Shown here one piece after another: positions 18,909 through 29,223 of a stretch of 64,000 bases of DNA; within the stretch, counting starts at the first letter, position 1; every line of letters starts with the position of its first letter. The translations under genes and the position numbers were made by a program. Source of the DNA: Deltaproteobacteria bacterium (lineage in GTDB: Bacteria > Myxococcota > Kuafuiibacteriia > Kuafuiibacteriales > Kuafuiibacteriaceae); NCBI GenBank assembly GCA_040218735.1, contig JAVJQW010000012.1, forward strand, positions 288,001-352,000, written 5' to 3'. The notes beneath the pieces were generated by a model. It made no database searches. It was given only the letters and a program-made list of their open reading frames with translations, and was not told the origin of the DNA.

Positions 18909-20513
18909 TCAGTCCAAGACCCGATCCACGATCGCGCGGGCCTCCTCTTGCACCTGCTTCAGGTGATCGGGTCCGCGGAACGACTCCGCGTAGATCTTGT
19001 AGACCGCCTCCGTGCCGGACGGGCGCGCCGCGAACCAGCCGTTCTCCGTGACGACCTTCAGGCCGCCGATCGGGGCGTCACCTTCGGGGGCGTTCGTCAT
19101 CTTCGCGACGATCGGCTCGCCAGCGAGCTCGGTGGCGGTGACGTCGGTCGGCGACAGCGCGCCGAGGCGCTTCTTCTGTTCGGCGGTGGCGGGGGCGTCG
19201 AGGCGCTCGTAGATCGGTTCGCCGAGCTGCGCGGTGAGCTGCGCGTAGTGCTCGGACGGATCCTTGCCGGTAGTCGCGGTGATCTCCGCGGCGAGGAGGT
19301 CGAGGATGATGCCGTCCTTGTCCGTGGTCCACACGCCACCGTCCTTGCGGAGGAACGACGCGCCGGCGCTCTCCTCCCCCGCGAAGCCGTAGACGCCGTC
19401 CTTCAGACCGTCGACGAACCATTTGAACCCGACGGGGACCTCGGCGAGCCGCCGACCGAGTGTCTTCGCGACGCGATCGATCAGGCTGCTGCTGACGAGC
19501 GTCTTGCCGATTGCGACGTCCGCTCCCCAGCCGCGTGTCCCGAAGACGTGTTGGATGGCGACGGCGAGGTAGTGGTTCGGGTTCATCAACCCGCGTTTGG
19601 TCACGATGCCGTGGCGGTCGTAGTCGGTGTCGTTGCCGAACGCGATGTCGAAGCGATCCTTCAGCCCGATCAGGCTCGCCATCGCGTACGGCGACGAGCA
19701 GTCCATGCGGATGCGCCCGTCCTTGTCGAGGGTCATGAACCGGAACGTCGGATCCACGTTCGGGTTCACGACCTCCAGGTTCAATCCGTAGCGCTCCGCG
19801 AGCGGCGCCCACACGCCGATGCCGGAGCCGCCCATCGGGTCGACGCCGATCGACAGATCCTTCATCCCCGCGAAGTCGATCACCCGGTCGAGCGCTTCCA
19901 CGTACGGCGTGACGTAGTCGTGTGCGACCGCCGCCGCGCGGGCCTTCGCGTAGGGAACCCGGCGGATCTCGGACGGCGACGCCATCAGCGCGTTCGCGCG
20001 TGTCTCGATCTTCTTCGTCACGGCGCCGTCGGCCGGCCCACCGTGCGGTGGGTTGTATTTGAAGCCGCCGTCCTCGGGTGGGTTGTGGGACGGGGTCACG
20101 ACGATGCCGTCGGCCACGCCGTCGTGGTTCAGGATCGCGAAGGAGACGAGCGGCGTCGGGGTGTAGCCGTCGGTGGGATCTACGAGCACGGTGACGTCGT
20201 TCGCGGCGAGCACCTCGAGCGCGGTGCGGCGCGCGGGCTCGGAGAGCGCGTGCGTGTCGGCGCCGAGGTAGAGCGGGCCTTCGATCCCCTCCGCCGCGCG
20301 GTACTCGACGATTGCCTGCGTGATGGCGGCGATGTGGAGGTCGTTGAAGCTCGACTTCAGCGACGACCCGCGATGCCCGGAGGTCCCGAAAGCGACGCGG
20401 CACGCGGGGTCGGTCGGGTCGGGGGCCTCGCTGTAGTAGCGGGCGATCAGGCGGGGCACGTCGACGAGGGCGTCGGCGGGCGCGGGCTTTCCGGCGAGCG
20501 GGTGGGAGGCCAT
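18909..20513 (-). CDS. pgm: Phosphoglucomutase (alpha-D-glucose-1,6-bisphosphate dependent)
   Basis: [37 protein letters not shown]. Confidence 0.97.
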   Translation of the reverse strand: MASHPLAGKPAPADALVDVPRLIARYYSEAPDPTDPACRVAFGTSGHRGSSLKSSFNDLHIAAITQAIVEYRAAEGIEGPLYLGADTHALSEPARRTALEVLAANDVTVLVDPTDGYTPTPLVSFAILNHDGVADGIVVTPSHNPPEDGGFKYNPPHGGPADGAVTKKIETRANALMASPSEIRRVPYAKARAAAVAHDYVTPYVEALDRVIDFAGMKDLSIGVDPMGGSGIGVWAPLAERYGLNLEVVNPNVDPTFRFMTLDKDGRIRMDCSSPYAMASLIGLKDRFDIAFGNDTDYDRHGIVTKRGLMNPNHYLAVAIQHVFGTRGWGADVAIGKTLVSSSLIDRVAKTLGRRLAEVPVGFKWFVDGLKDGVYGFAGEESAGASFLRKDGGVWTTDKDGIILDLLAAEITATTGKDPSEHYAQLTAQLGEPIYERLDAPATAEQKKRLGALSPTDVTATELAGEPIVAKMTNAPEGDAPIGGLKVVTENGWFAARPSGTEAVYKIYAESFRGPDHLKQVQEEARAIVDRVLD

Positions 20514-20546
20514 GGCGCCGGGAGGGTAGCAGCCCTCGGCGCCCGG

Positions 20547-21395
20547 TCACATGAGGTCGAACACGACGTCGGCGACGAGCCCGAGGCCGGACAGATCGAG
20601 CTCGACGCCGTCGCCGAAGTCGAGCGGGGCGTAGCGGAGGGTCCCGAGGAGGCGCGCGTCCGGGAGCTCGTGGTTGTGAAACTGCAGCCCGAAGCGCCCT
20701 TCGACGCCGAGCGCGGTCTCGCCCCGGCCGCGGAAGCGCGCGTGGAAGATGGACGGGCCGCCGGCGAACACGAGATCGACCCAGCCGCTCACCGGCAGGT
20801 AGAAGTGGCCGCGCACCGAACCGGTGATCGCGTGCGCGAACGCGAGCGTCGCGTTGACCGACCCGTTCGTCTCGAGCTCGACGTTGAAGAAACGCGGCGT
20901 GAACAGGTAGGTGACGGCGGGGACCAGCGCAAACTGCGAGAAGCGCAGCTCACCGGTGAGCCCGACGCCGAACAGAAACACGAGCTCCGAGAGCGCCCCC
21001 TGCTGCGGCTGCTGCGCGCTCACGGCGGACATTCGATCCGCGAGGAAAGGTGAACGGAAGACACCGTACTCGGTGTGCATCCCCGCGAGCAGGAACCCGA
21101 GCGGCGGAGGCGGCGGGCGCGGCGCGGATGGGCGCGCGGACTCCACGGTCGGCGAAGACGGCCGAACGGTGGCGGTGAATACCGTCGAGGTCAGGGTGCG
21201 CCGAAGGGGCGCCGCGGAGGTCGCGGTGGCGACGGAGGTCGACGCGGGCGGCGTCGCCTTCACGGAGCCCGCCGCGGTGACGGGGGACGTCGTCACCGCC
21301 GACGCGGGCGGCCCAGCGGTCACCGTCGCGGTGGCGACGAGCGCGAGCGCCGCGAAGCTCACGCGCTGGGCTCCCGGGAGCACATCCGGCGGCAT
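20547..21395 (-). CDS. Putative outer-membrane beta-barrel protein with Ser/Thr/Pro-rich N-terminal linker
   Basis: Signal-like SFAALALVATA, S/T/P-rich stretch, alternating amphipathic strands ending GLGLVADVVFDLM. Start could be 21395, 21383 or later. Confidence 0.6.
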   Translation of the reverse strand: MPPDVLPGAQRVSFAALALVATATVTAGPPASAVTTSPVTAAGSVKATPPASTSVATATSAAPLRRTLTSTVFTATVRPSSPTVESARPSAPRPPPPPLGFLLAGMHTEYGVFRSPFLADRMSAVSAQQPQQGALSELVFLFGVGLTGELRFSQFALVPAVTYLFTPRFFNVELETNGSVNATLAFAHAITGSVRGHFYLPVSGWVDLVFAGGPSIFHARFRGRGETALGVEGRFGLQFHNHELPDARLLGTLRYAPLDFGDGVELDLSGLGLVADVVFDLM

Positions 21396-21414
21396 GATAG
21401 CGCCGCCCGCGGCC

Positions 21415-21516
21415 CGGAACGGAACGGCGCGCCCTGCGCCCGGCGACGGAACGGCGCCGGCCCCGGAACGGCGCGCGTCCCCGCCCCTGGGACGCGGAAC
21501 GTTCTGCGTTCCGCGT
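21415..21516. promoter_or_regulatory. Direct and inverted GGAAC repeats, candidate activator-binding sites
   Basis: CGGAACGGCGC at 21420, 21447 and 21464; perfect inverted repeat ACGCGGAACG-TTCTG-CGTTCCGCGT at 21492-21516. Confidence 0.6.
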
Positions 21517-21543
21517 TGGGGCCGGATCGACCCCACGCGCGCA

Positions 21544-21559
21544 CGGCCCGGTTCCTGCT
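21544..21559 (+). promoter_or_regulatory. Candidate sigma54 promoter
   Basis: CGGCCCGGTTCCTGCT: GG 21545-21546, N10, GC 21557-21558. Confidence 0.55.
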
Positions 21560-21573
21560 CTTGGGGCCCGACG

Positions 21574-23289
21574 ATGCGAACACGCTTGATGTCCACGACC
21601 CTCCTCCTCGGCGTCGCCGCCTGCGGCGTCGAGTCCAAAGCTCCCCAACAGCAGCGCGCTCCGGTCACGACGGCGGCGCAGATCCTCCTCGTCGCCGGCT
21701 CCCCGCGAGGCGCGCCGCCCGATCGCGACGTGGTCCAACATCTCCAGGCGCGCGGGCACACCGTGGACATCGTCGCGGACGACGCGCTGCGCGCGGCGGA
21801 CGTGGCGGGGCGGGACCTCGTGCTCGTCGCGTCGTCCGTGGTTCCGAGCGACGTCGGGACGAAGCTGCGCGACGTCACCGTCCCGGTCGTGCTCTGGGAG
21901 CAGTTCCTCTACGACGAGATGCAGATGGCGTCCGCACCCCGCGTCACCCCGGGCAACACCCGCAACGTCGTCATCGAGGCGCCAGGCCACCCGGCCGCCG
22001 GGGGGCTCACCGGGAGCGTCGCGATCACCGACGGGTCGACGCGGCTGACCTACGCGACACCCGCGGGCAGCGCGCAGACGATCGCGTCGGTCCAAGGCCG
22101 CGCGCACACGTTTGTGTACGTCGCAGGCGAGACGATGCGGAACGGGTTCGTCGCCCCCGCGATCCGCGCGGGGATCGGGTTCGACTACCCGACGCCCGCC
22201 GCGCTCAACACCAACGGCTGGTCGCTCTTCGACGGCGTCGTCGACTTCGCGCTCGGCGGCTCGACCGGCGGCGGAGGCGGAGGCGGAGGCGGAGACGGCG
22301 GAGGAGGCGGCGCGATGCCGCCCCCCGGCGCGATCCTCGACGGGGACGAGCCGCTCCCGAACTTCCCCGCGTCGCCGTTGCCGACGACGTATTTCCAGAT
22401 CCCGTGGAACGACTACCCGCCGGTGTGGAAGAACACCGGCAACCCGGCGAGCCGCATCGGTTGGATCAACCGCTGCACGCCGTCCGCCCGCGCGCAGATC
22501 GATCCGATCGTGTCCCCGATGAGCCCGACGTCCGGGCACCTGCACGACTTCTTCTCGAACCCCGCCGTCCGGCACGACCGGGTGTTCACGCACCAGCTCG
22601 TCGGCGGCGTCTCGCGGAGCACGCTGACCTGCGACGACAACGACGACTTCGCGGCGTACTGGGTCGCCGCCGTGCACGACAACGGGCAGAGCTGGGTGCC
22701 CGAGGCGCTGCACGTCTATTACAAGGGCAAGGTCCGCGCGAACCACATCCAGCCGATCCCCCTCGGGCTCCGGATGGTCGTCGGCGACGCGGGCGCTACC
22801 TCGAACCAGTCCGCGCAGGTCGGCTGGTGGGAGCGCATGCGCAACTCGAACGAAGGCAACACCGGCGCCCTCCCGCCCAACACGAGGAACCTGAACCAGA
22901 TGATCACCGTCGGCGGGAACGAGCAGCTCGTGCTGCGCCTCAACTACCCCGACTGTTGGGATGGCCAGTACCTCTACAAGCCTGACGGCAGCCACATGGC
23001 CTACAGCCGCGGCGCGTACGGCTCCGCGACCTGCCCCGCGTCGCACCCGGTGGCGATTCCGCAGGTCGTCTACTTCGTGCGCTACCCGCCGGGTGTCGAC
23101 GGCGGGAGTGACTTCACGCTGAGCTCGGGGAATTGGTACACGTTCCACGGCGACTTCTGGAACGCCTGGGATCCGCGCGTCATGCAGCAGCTCGTCGACC
23201 GGTGCGTACGGTCGAAGGCGAACTGTCGCCTCTCCCGGAGCGTCGGCGACATCGGCGCGCGGCAGCGACGCATCACCATCGGGAACTGA
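21574..23289 (+). CDS. DUF1996-domain lipoprotein
   Basis: LLLGVAAC lipobox; poly-Gly linker; IDPIVSP...HLHDFF, AYW, GLRMVVGD, PDCWDG, CPASHPV, HGDFWNAWD. Confidence 0.85.
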   Translation: MRTRLMSTTLLLGVAACGVESKAPQQQRAPVTTAAQILLVAGSPRGAPPDRDVVQHLQARGHTVDIVADDALRAADVAGRDLVLVASSVVPSDVGTKLRDVTVPVVLWEQFLYDEMQMASAPRVTPGNTRNVVIEAPGHPAAGGLTGSVAITDGSTRLTYATPAGSAQTIASVQGRAHTFVYVAGETMRNGFVAPAIRAGIGFDYPTPAALNTNGWSLFDGVVDFALGGSTGGGGGGGGGDGGGGGAMPPPGAILDGDEPLPNFPASPLPTTYFQIPWNDYPPVWKNTGNPASRIGWINRCTPSARAQIDPIVSPMSPTSGHLHDFFSNPAVRHDRVFTHQLVGGVSRSTLTCDDNDDFAAYWVAAVHDNGQSWVPEALHVYYKGKVRANHIQPIPLGLRMVVGDAGATSNQSAQVGWWERMRNSNEGNTGALPPNTRNLNQMITVGGNEQLVLRLNYPDCWDGQYLYKPDGSHMAYSRGAYGSATCPASHPVAIPQVVYFVRYPPGVDGGSDFTLSSGNWYTFHGDFWNAWDPRVMQQLVDRCVRSKANCRLSRSVGDIGARQRRITIGN

Positions 23290-23305
23290 GGTGGCGTGAC
23301 GCCGC

Positions 23306-23397
23306 GCAACGTCGATTGCACTTGTTGCAACTCGAACGGCGGGGGCGAGGTACCGCGCGAGGATCCGAGCCCCCGCCGAGGTGGCCCGAGGTGTGCA
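23306..23397 (+). promoter_or_regulatory. sigma54 promoter with upstream palindromic sites
   Basis: TGGCCCGAGGTGTGCA (GG 23383-23384, GC 23395-23396); upstream GCAA-N6-TTGC and TTGCA-N5-TGCAA at about 23306-23330; RBS GAAGGAG downstream. Confidence 0.6.
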
Positions 23398-23426
23398 TTT
23401 GCTCCGAACACGAAGGAGCACATGCG

Positions 23427-24005
23427 ATGAAAGTCAGCGGAGAGAACACGTTTCTTTATCAACTCACGGGCCAGCAGAAGTTCGACGAGGCCAGCGTGCA
23501 GCGCGAAGGCGGCTTTGGGTTCTTCGGCCTGTTCGGCTCGAAGTCGATCACGATCGACGCGGGCGCTGGCGACGACGAGATCTCGGTCTCGAAGCTCGGT
23601 CACGACCAGTACGAGGTCGACATCAACGGCCAGAAGTTCATCCTGAGCGCCGAGGAGATGAAGAACCTCACGATCAAGGGCGGCGAAGGCAACGACAAGA
23701 TCCACATCGACGAGAGCGTGGACATCGCCCTCAACATCGACGGCGGCGCGGGCGACGACGTCATCGTCAACCACTCGAACTTCTCGAAGATCGACGGCGG
23801 CGAAGGCAACGACGTGATCGTCAGCCTCGCGCACTTCGTGGAGATCATGGGCGGCGAAGGCAACGACGTCATCTACGCAAACGGCGTCGGGAACGAGATC
23901 TACGGCGACAAGAAGGCCGAGACGTTCTGGGAGATGCTCTTCGGGACCACCGACGAAGCTGATCTCATCGACACCGACGGCTACTTCAACACCGTCCACC
24001 AGTAA
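23427..24005 (+). CDS. Small RTX/hemolysin-type Ca-binding repeat protein
   Basis: Five nonapeptide-like repeats (AGAGDD, GGEGND, GGAGDD, GGEGND, GGEGND); good RBS; no signal peptide. Confidence 0.85.
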   Translation: MKVSGENTFLYQLTGQQKFDEASVQREGGFGFFGLFGSKSITIDAGAGDDEISVSKLGHDQYEVDINGQKFILSAEEMKNLTIKGGEGNDKIHIDESVDIALNIDGGAGDDVIVNHSNFSKIDGGEGNDVIVSLAHFVEIMGGEGNDVIYANGVGNEIYGDKKAETFWEMLFGTTDEADLIDTDGYFNTVHQ

Positions 24006-24014
24006 GCGGCGACC

Positions 24015-25355
24015 TCAGTCGTCGATCTCGACCCCGTGTTTGCGGAGGGTGCGCGCGAACGTCTTCTTGTGGATGCCCGCGTGCGCCGCCGCAGCGTCGA
24101 GATCTTGGGCGACCCGGTCGAGGACCGCGCGTAGGTAGCGCGGCTCGAGGACGTCCAGCCACTGCTGCCGGGCGTCCTTGATCGAAAGCTCCGCGTGCAG
24201 CGGGACGTCCTCGGGCGTCGGCGCCGCGACGGGCGGGCGACGCGCACCCACGAGGAGCGCCTGCTCGATCGCGGCGGCGTCGATGACGCCACGGTCCGCG
24301 AGCGCCGCCGCGCGCCTCAGGAGGTTGCGCAGCTCGCGCACGTTGCCCGGGTAGTCGAGCGCCGCGAGCTTGGCCTCGGCGTCGGACGAGACGCGGTTAC
24401 GCGGGAGCAGCGCCTTCGCGAGCAGCGGGATGTCTTCCTTGCGCGCGTGGAGCGGCGGGATGTGCAGGACGATCTCGGCGAGGCGATAGAAGAGGTCCTC
24501 GCGGAACGTGCCCTCGGCGACCTGGGCCTCGAGATCGCGGTGCGTCGCAGCGACGACCCGAACATCGACGTCGAGGGTTCGCTCGGCACCGAGCGGGCGC
24601 ACCTCGCGACGCTCGAGGACGCGGAGCAACCTGGGTTGCAGATCCAGCGGGAGCTCTCCGACCTCGTCGAGGAAGAGCGTCCCACCCGACGCGAGCTCGA
24701 ACGCGCCGGCGCGACGCTGCTCGGCCCCGGTGAACGCGCCGCGTTCGTGCCCGAAGAGATCCGACTCGATCAGCTGACGATTCACCGACGCGCAGTCCAC
24801 GACCACGAACGGCTGCTCCCGACGAGGGCTCGCGCCGTGGATCGCGCGGGCGACCATCTCCTTGCCGACGCCGGTCTCGCCGAGCACCACACACACCAGC
24901 TCCGTGCGCGCGACGCGTTCGAGGAGACCGAACATCGTGCGCATCACCTCCGTGCGTCCGACGAGCTCCCCGAAGTCTTCGCGGTCGCGCTCGACCGGGA
25001 GCCACTCGACCTTCGCCGTGAGCTCGATCGTCGTGTTGCCGAAGTGGATCCGCTTCCCCGGAGAGAGGAACGCCTCGACCACCTCTTCGTCGCCGACCCA
25101 CGTACCGTTCGTGGAGCCCAGATCCCGGACCACGAAGCGCTCCCCCTTTCGAACGATCTGGGCGTGGTGCGACGAGACCGTGTCGTCGCCGAGCACGAGA
25201 TCGTTGTTGGGCGCGGTGCCGATCGACACCCTCGGCGTCGTGCACTTGACGGTGCGGCCGGCGTCGGGCCCGGCCACGACGCGAACGATGCTCTCGTGCA
25301 CCGCCACGTGCGTGCGGTCGTCCCGCAGGATGACCTGGGTGCCGAGCGTCTCCAC
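24015..25355 (-). CDS. FHA-domain sigma54-dependent enhancer-binding protein
   Basis: FHA ([14 protein letters not shown]); GETGVGKE; GAFTGA; LFLDEVGE; FREDLFYRL; PGNVREL; C-terminal HTH. Confidence 0.95.
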   Translation of the reverse strand: METLGTQVILRDDRTHVAVHESIVRVVAGPDAGRTVKCTTPRVSIGTAPNNDLVLGDDTVSSHHAQIVRKGERFVVRDLGSTNGTWVGDEEVVEAFLSPGKRIHFGNTTIELTAKVEWLPVERDREDFGELVGRTEVMRTMFGLLERVARTELVCVVLGETGVGKEMVARAIHGASPRREQPFVVVDCASVNRQLIESDLFGHERGAFTGAEQRRAGAFELASGGTLFLDEVGELPLDLQPRLLRVLERREVRPLGAERTLDVDVRVVAATHRDLEAQVAEGTFREDLFYRLAEIVLHIPPLHARKEDIPLLAKALLPRNRVSSDAEAKLAALDYPGNVRELRNLLRRAAALADRGVIDAAAIEQALLVGARRPPVAAPTPEDVPLHAELSIKDARQQWLDVLEPRYLRAVLDRVAQDLDAAAAHAGIHKKTFARTLRKHGVEIDD

Positions 25356-25420
25356 GGGCCGAAGCTATCCGTCTGGCGAGGTCGGCTCAACCGAGGGCGG
25401 CGCTGCGTTATGCTCGGCGC

Positions 25421-26959
25421 GTGCGACGCGCTTCGACCGCCGGGCTGCTGCTCCTCGTGAGCGGCTGTGCGCGCGACGCTGCGCTCGTGCTGGAGTGGGA
25501 TCCGGTCGAGCTCGCGGACGACGCGATCCGCATCGAGCTCGTGGTGCACGACGACGTGGACTGCAGCCACGAGATCTCCTCGGCGGCGTTCACGCTCGAC
25601 GACCGCCCCGACCTCGTCCTCCCCGCGGGCGACGCCTGCTTCGTGGCGCGCGCACGCAACGACCGCTGCCAGACCTACGCGGCGGGTGAACGCCGCGCCG
25701 CGTTCCCGACCAGCGATCGCATCACGATCGTCATGACCGCGACGGAAGATCCCGGGTGTCCCGCCGACGCCGTCTGCCGCGAGGACGCCTGCGTTCGCGG
25801 CGAAGCGATCGGCGCGATTACCCAGGCCGTCGCGGGCCGCCACCACACCTGCCTCGCGTACGCGACCGGCGACGTGCAGTGCTTCGGATTGAACGCGGAC
25901 GGCGAAGTCGGGCAGTCCACCGAGACCGTCGCCGTGCCCGCGACGGTCCCGGAGCTCTTCGGGACCACCGGCCTCGCGCTCGGCGGGCGGACGTTCACCG
26001 AGGGGGCGTCGGAGTCCGAGGTCACCGCGAACAACGCCGACGAGTCTGGCTTCACGTGTGCGATCGACGGCGGCACGCCCGTGTGTTTCGGCGCGAACGA
26101 CTTCGGCGAGCTCGGCCGAGGCGGCGCGACGGGTGACAGCCTCGCGCACCCGCGCCCCGAGCCGGTGGTGGACCTCGACGACGCGACCGAGCTCGCGCTC
26201 GGCGGCGCATTTGTGTGCGCGCTCCGCGACGGCGGCGCTGTGGCGTGCTGGGGCCGCAACGCGCTGGACGTGCTCGGCGTGAAGGCCGACGGCAGACCTT
26301 CGACGGCGCCGGTCGTGATCGAAGGCCTCCCTCCCCTCACGCAGGTCGCGGCGGGACACGCGCACGCCTGCGGTGTCGCGATGTCAGGTGAGCTGTACTG
26401 CTGGGGCGGCAACTACTTCGGCGCGCTGGGCGTCCGGACGCCGAAGACCTTCGCGACCCCTCGGCGCGTCGCGCTGGATCTCGAACCCGGCGACACGGTC
26501 GCCGCAGTCGCGGCGGGCGGCTACACGACGTGCGTGCGAACGACCCGCGGCGACGTGTGGTGTTGGGGGTGGTCCGACAAGGGGCAGGCCGGCGTCGAGA
26601 CGGGGCGCAACGCGATCAACGCGACGCCGACGCGCCTCGACATCTCGGGCGTCGCGCAGCTCGTGCTCGGGACGCGATTCGGTTGTGCACGCGGCGGCGA
26701 GGCCGTCATGTGCTGGGGCGAGCACCGCTTCGGGCAGCTCGGCACCGGGACGAGCACCGACGCCGACGCGCACCCGATCCCCGCGGCGGTGGAGGTCGCC
26801 GCGGCCGACCTCAGCTGCGGCACGCACCACTGCTGCGCGCTCCTCGTAGACGGCGACGTCGCGTGCTGGGGACGCGGGAGCTACGCCCGCCTCGGCGACC
26901 GGGAGGCGGCGGCGGACGCGCCGAGTCGAACGAGCCCGGTGCGCGTCATTCGAGATTGA
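25421..26959 (+). CDS. RCC1-repeat lipoprotein
   Basis: LLLLVSGC lipobox; repeated HTC/CWG...GQLG units. Confidence 0.9.
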   Translation: MRRASTAGLLLLVSGCARDAALVLEWDPVELADDAIRIELVVHDDVDCSHEISSAAFTLDDRPDLVLPAGDACFVARARNDRCQTYAAGERRAAFPTSDRITIVMTATEDPGCPADAVCREDACVRGEAIGAITQAVAGRHHTCLAYATGDVQCFGLNADGEVGQSTETVAVPATVPELFGTTGLALGGRTFTEGASESEVTANNADESGFTCAIDGGTPVCFGANDFGELGRGGATGDSLAHPRPEPVVDLDDATELALGGAFVCALRDGGAVACWGRNALDVLGVKADGRPSTAPVVIEGLPPLTQVAAGHAHACGVAMSGELYCWGGNYFGALGVRTPKTFATPRRVALDLEPGDTVAAVAAGGYTTCVRTTRGDVWCWGWSDKGQAGVETGRNAINATPTRLDISGVAQLVLGTRFGCARGGEAVMCWGEHRFGQLGTGTSTDADAHPIPAAVEVAAADLSCGTHHCCALLVDGDVACWGRGSYARLGDREAAADAPSRTSPVRVIRD

Positions 26960-28427
26960 CGACGACGCGCGTCGAGGCGTCGGCGCGCACGCGCACACGT
27001 ACGCGCTTCGCCGGTCGCCCCGGCGGACGGACCTCGAGCGTGTGGCGACCGGCGGGGAGCTTTTCGACCATCGGCGACCACGCGAGTAGCGTGTCGTCGA
27101 GGTAGACCGGCGCGCTCGACACGCCGGTCGTGACCAGGTGCAGCTCACCCGTCCCGCGGGGCGCGCGGCGGCGACGGGGTTTGTTCGCAGGGGCACGCGG
27201 TGGGGGCGCGGCGCGAGCTTCGACGGGCGGCGGGGTCGAGGTCTGCTCGGGCTCCGGCGGCGCGGGCGCGTCGTTCGACTTGGCGCTGTCTTTCGTCGCG
27301 TCCGCGACGTTCGCCTCGGCGCGGATATCGACCGGCGCGTCGTCGCGCCCCGCGAGGACCCACGCCGATGCAAACGCGGCGAGGCTCGCCGCGGCGATCC
27401 ACACCGCGATCCGGCGCGACGGCGGCGGCGCGGCGAGGCGGGTCGTCGCCACCTCCTCTTCTTGTGGCGCGTCGGCGTCGAAGTGTTCGACGAGCCACCG
27501 CGATACCTGCGCTGTCTCGGCGACGTCCTGAACGGCGCGCGTGAAGGCCTTCGCGAAGGCACGAGTGTCCGCGAAGCGCGCGGCGGGATCACGTTCGAGC
27601 GCGCGGAGGATCACGGCGTCGAGCGCAGGGGGGAGGCTCGGTTCGACGCTGCTCGGGCGCGCGATCTCGGCGAGCTCGACGGCGCGGATCGTCTCGGCGT
27701 ACGCGTCGCGGGCGAAGAGGCTTCGTCGTGTGCACGCCTCCCACGCGACGACGCCGAGCGACCACACGTCGGCGCGGCGATCGACCGGTTGGCCGCGCAG
27801 GTGCTCCGGCGACGCGTACGCGAAGTTGCCCTTCACGACGCCCACCGAGGTCTGGTGGACACGACCACGTGCTTTTGCGATGCCGAAGTCCACGACCTTC
27901 GCGACGCCGTCGTAGGTGACGACCACGTTCGTCGGTGAGACGTCGCGGTGCACGATGCCCAGCTCGTGCGCCGCGAACAGCCCTTCGGCGACGCCACCGA
28001 TCACGTGCGTGGCAACGCCGAGGTAACGTTCGAACGCAGGCCCCGACAGCCCTTCGGCGCTACGCACCAGCGCGCCGAGCGATTCACCTTCGAGGTGCTC
28101 CATCGCGAGGTAGTACAGGCCGCGTTCCTCGCCGAAGTCGAAGACCTGGCACACGTTCGGGTGGTGCACGCGTGCGGCGATCTTGGCTTCGTCGAGGAAC
28201 ATCTCGACGAAGCGACGTTCGCCCGACAGGTGCGGATGGATGACCTTGATCGCGACCTTCCGCTCGAACCCTGCGGCGCCCTGCAACGTCCCGACGTAGA
28301 CCGTGGCCATCCCGCCGCTGCCGATGACTTCGCCGAGCTGGTAGCGCCCGAGCGTACGCGGGGCCTCGACGGTCGCACCGTCCGAGGTTGGAGCCGGCGC
28401 TCCGCGCGCGATGCGTCGCGTGGCCAC
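26946..28427 (-). CDS. Membrane Ser/Thr kinase with C-terminal PEGA-like domain
   Basis: GSGGMATVY, VAIK, HRDVSPTN, DFG, KGNFAYASPE; TM helix; VYLDD...LPAGRHTLEV. Confidence 0.92.
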   Translation of the reverse strand: MATRRIARGAPAPTSDGATVEAPRTLGRYQLGEVIGSGGMATVYVGTLQGAAGFERKVAIKVIHPHLSGERRFVEMFLDEAKIAARVHHPNVCQVFDFGEERGLYYLAMEHLEGESLGALVRSAEGLSGPAFERYLGVATHVIGGVAEGLFAAHELGIVHRDVSPTNVVVTYDGVAKVVDFGIAKARGRVHQTSVGVVKGNFAYASPEHLRGQPVDRRADVWSLGVVAWEACTRRSLFARDAYAETIRAVELAEIARPSSVEPSLPPALDAVILRALERDPAARFADTRAFAKAFTRAVQDVAETAQVSRWLVEHFDADAPQEEEVATTRLAAPPPSRRIAVWIAAASLAAFASAWVLAGRDDAPVDIRAEANVADATKDSAKSNDAPAPPEPEQTSTPPPVEARAAPPPRAPANKPRRRRAPRGTGELHLVTTGVSSAPVYLDDTLLAWSPMVEKLPAGRHTLEVRPPGRPAKRVRVRVRADASTRVVVNLE

Positions 28428-28430
28428 CGC

Positions 28431-29213
28431 TCACCCTCCGTCCGGTGCGTTCGGCATGTTCGGCAGGACGGACACACGCGTGTCGGCGCGGGACGACAGG
28501 AGGAGCGCAGTCACGACCGTCGCGGCGACGACCACCGCGCCGCCCCCCGCGATCCACGGCCAGACTGCCGCGTCCTCTTCGGGTGGCGCCGTGACCGCGA
28601 CGACCTCGGGCCGCGAGCGCACGTGACGATCCGGCGTCGCAGCGTCGGCGTGGAAGGCGACGACCGCGCCGCCGGGGCCCACGATCGATCCGTAGAACTC
28701 GACGTGCTCGGCCTGCTCCATCGGCAACACGATCGGCGCGCCCTCGCTGGTCGTCCACGCACCGCCCTCGGTGCGCGCGGCGAAGCGCACGCTTCGAACG
28801 AGCGTCGGCGCGCCGGTGGTCGTGGCCTCCACCACGAACAGGTCGTCGCGCTCCCGAGCGACGAGTGTGATGTCGGGCGGGACCGGCGCGCTCGACTTCG
28901 CACGCAGGAACGCCGCGCGCGCATCGGGTCGGAGCCCGTCGGGCTGGAGGTCGGGTTCGAGCGCGGCGAGATCGAGGGCGTCGCGCGACAGATCCTCGGG
29001 GCGCTTCAGCGCCGCGTAGAGCTGCAGCCGCATCGTCAGCGCACGCACGAGCGACGGGCGATCCAGCGGGCCCGCGTCCGTGAGCGCCTCCAGCGTCGCG
29101 AGCGCCTCGGGGAGCCGAGCCTGGCTCAGCTGCAGCTCGGCGAGCTCCAGCGTCGGCGCGCCGGTCGCGAGGGCACAGCTCAGCCCGAGGAACGCCGCGA
29201 TCGAGGCCGACAA
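28431..29213 (-). CDS. Exported TPR-like protein with C-terminal membrane anchor
   Basis: Signal-like N-terminus, helical TPR-like segment, VWPWIAGGGAVVVAA anchor; directly upstream of the kinase. Confidence 0.65.
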   Translation of the reverse strand: MSASIAAFLGLSCALATGAPTLELAELQLSQARLPEALATLEALTDAGPLDRPSLVRALTMRLQLYAALKRPEDLSRDALDLAALEPDLQPDGLRPDARAAFLRAKSSAPVPPDITLVARERDDLFVVEATTTGAPTLVRSVRFAARTEGGAWTTSEGAPIVLPMEQAEHVEFYGSIVGPGGAVVAFHADAATPDRHVRSRPEVVAVTAPPEEDAAVWPWIAGGGAVVVAATVVTALLLSSRADTRVSVLPNMPNAPDGG

Positions 29214-29223
29214 CGTTCAGATG

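Noticed and set aside
18714-23421. 779-aa plus-strand and 823-aa minus-strand ORFs
   Set aside because: Antisense to pgm and the DUF1996 gene, which carry clear family motifs.
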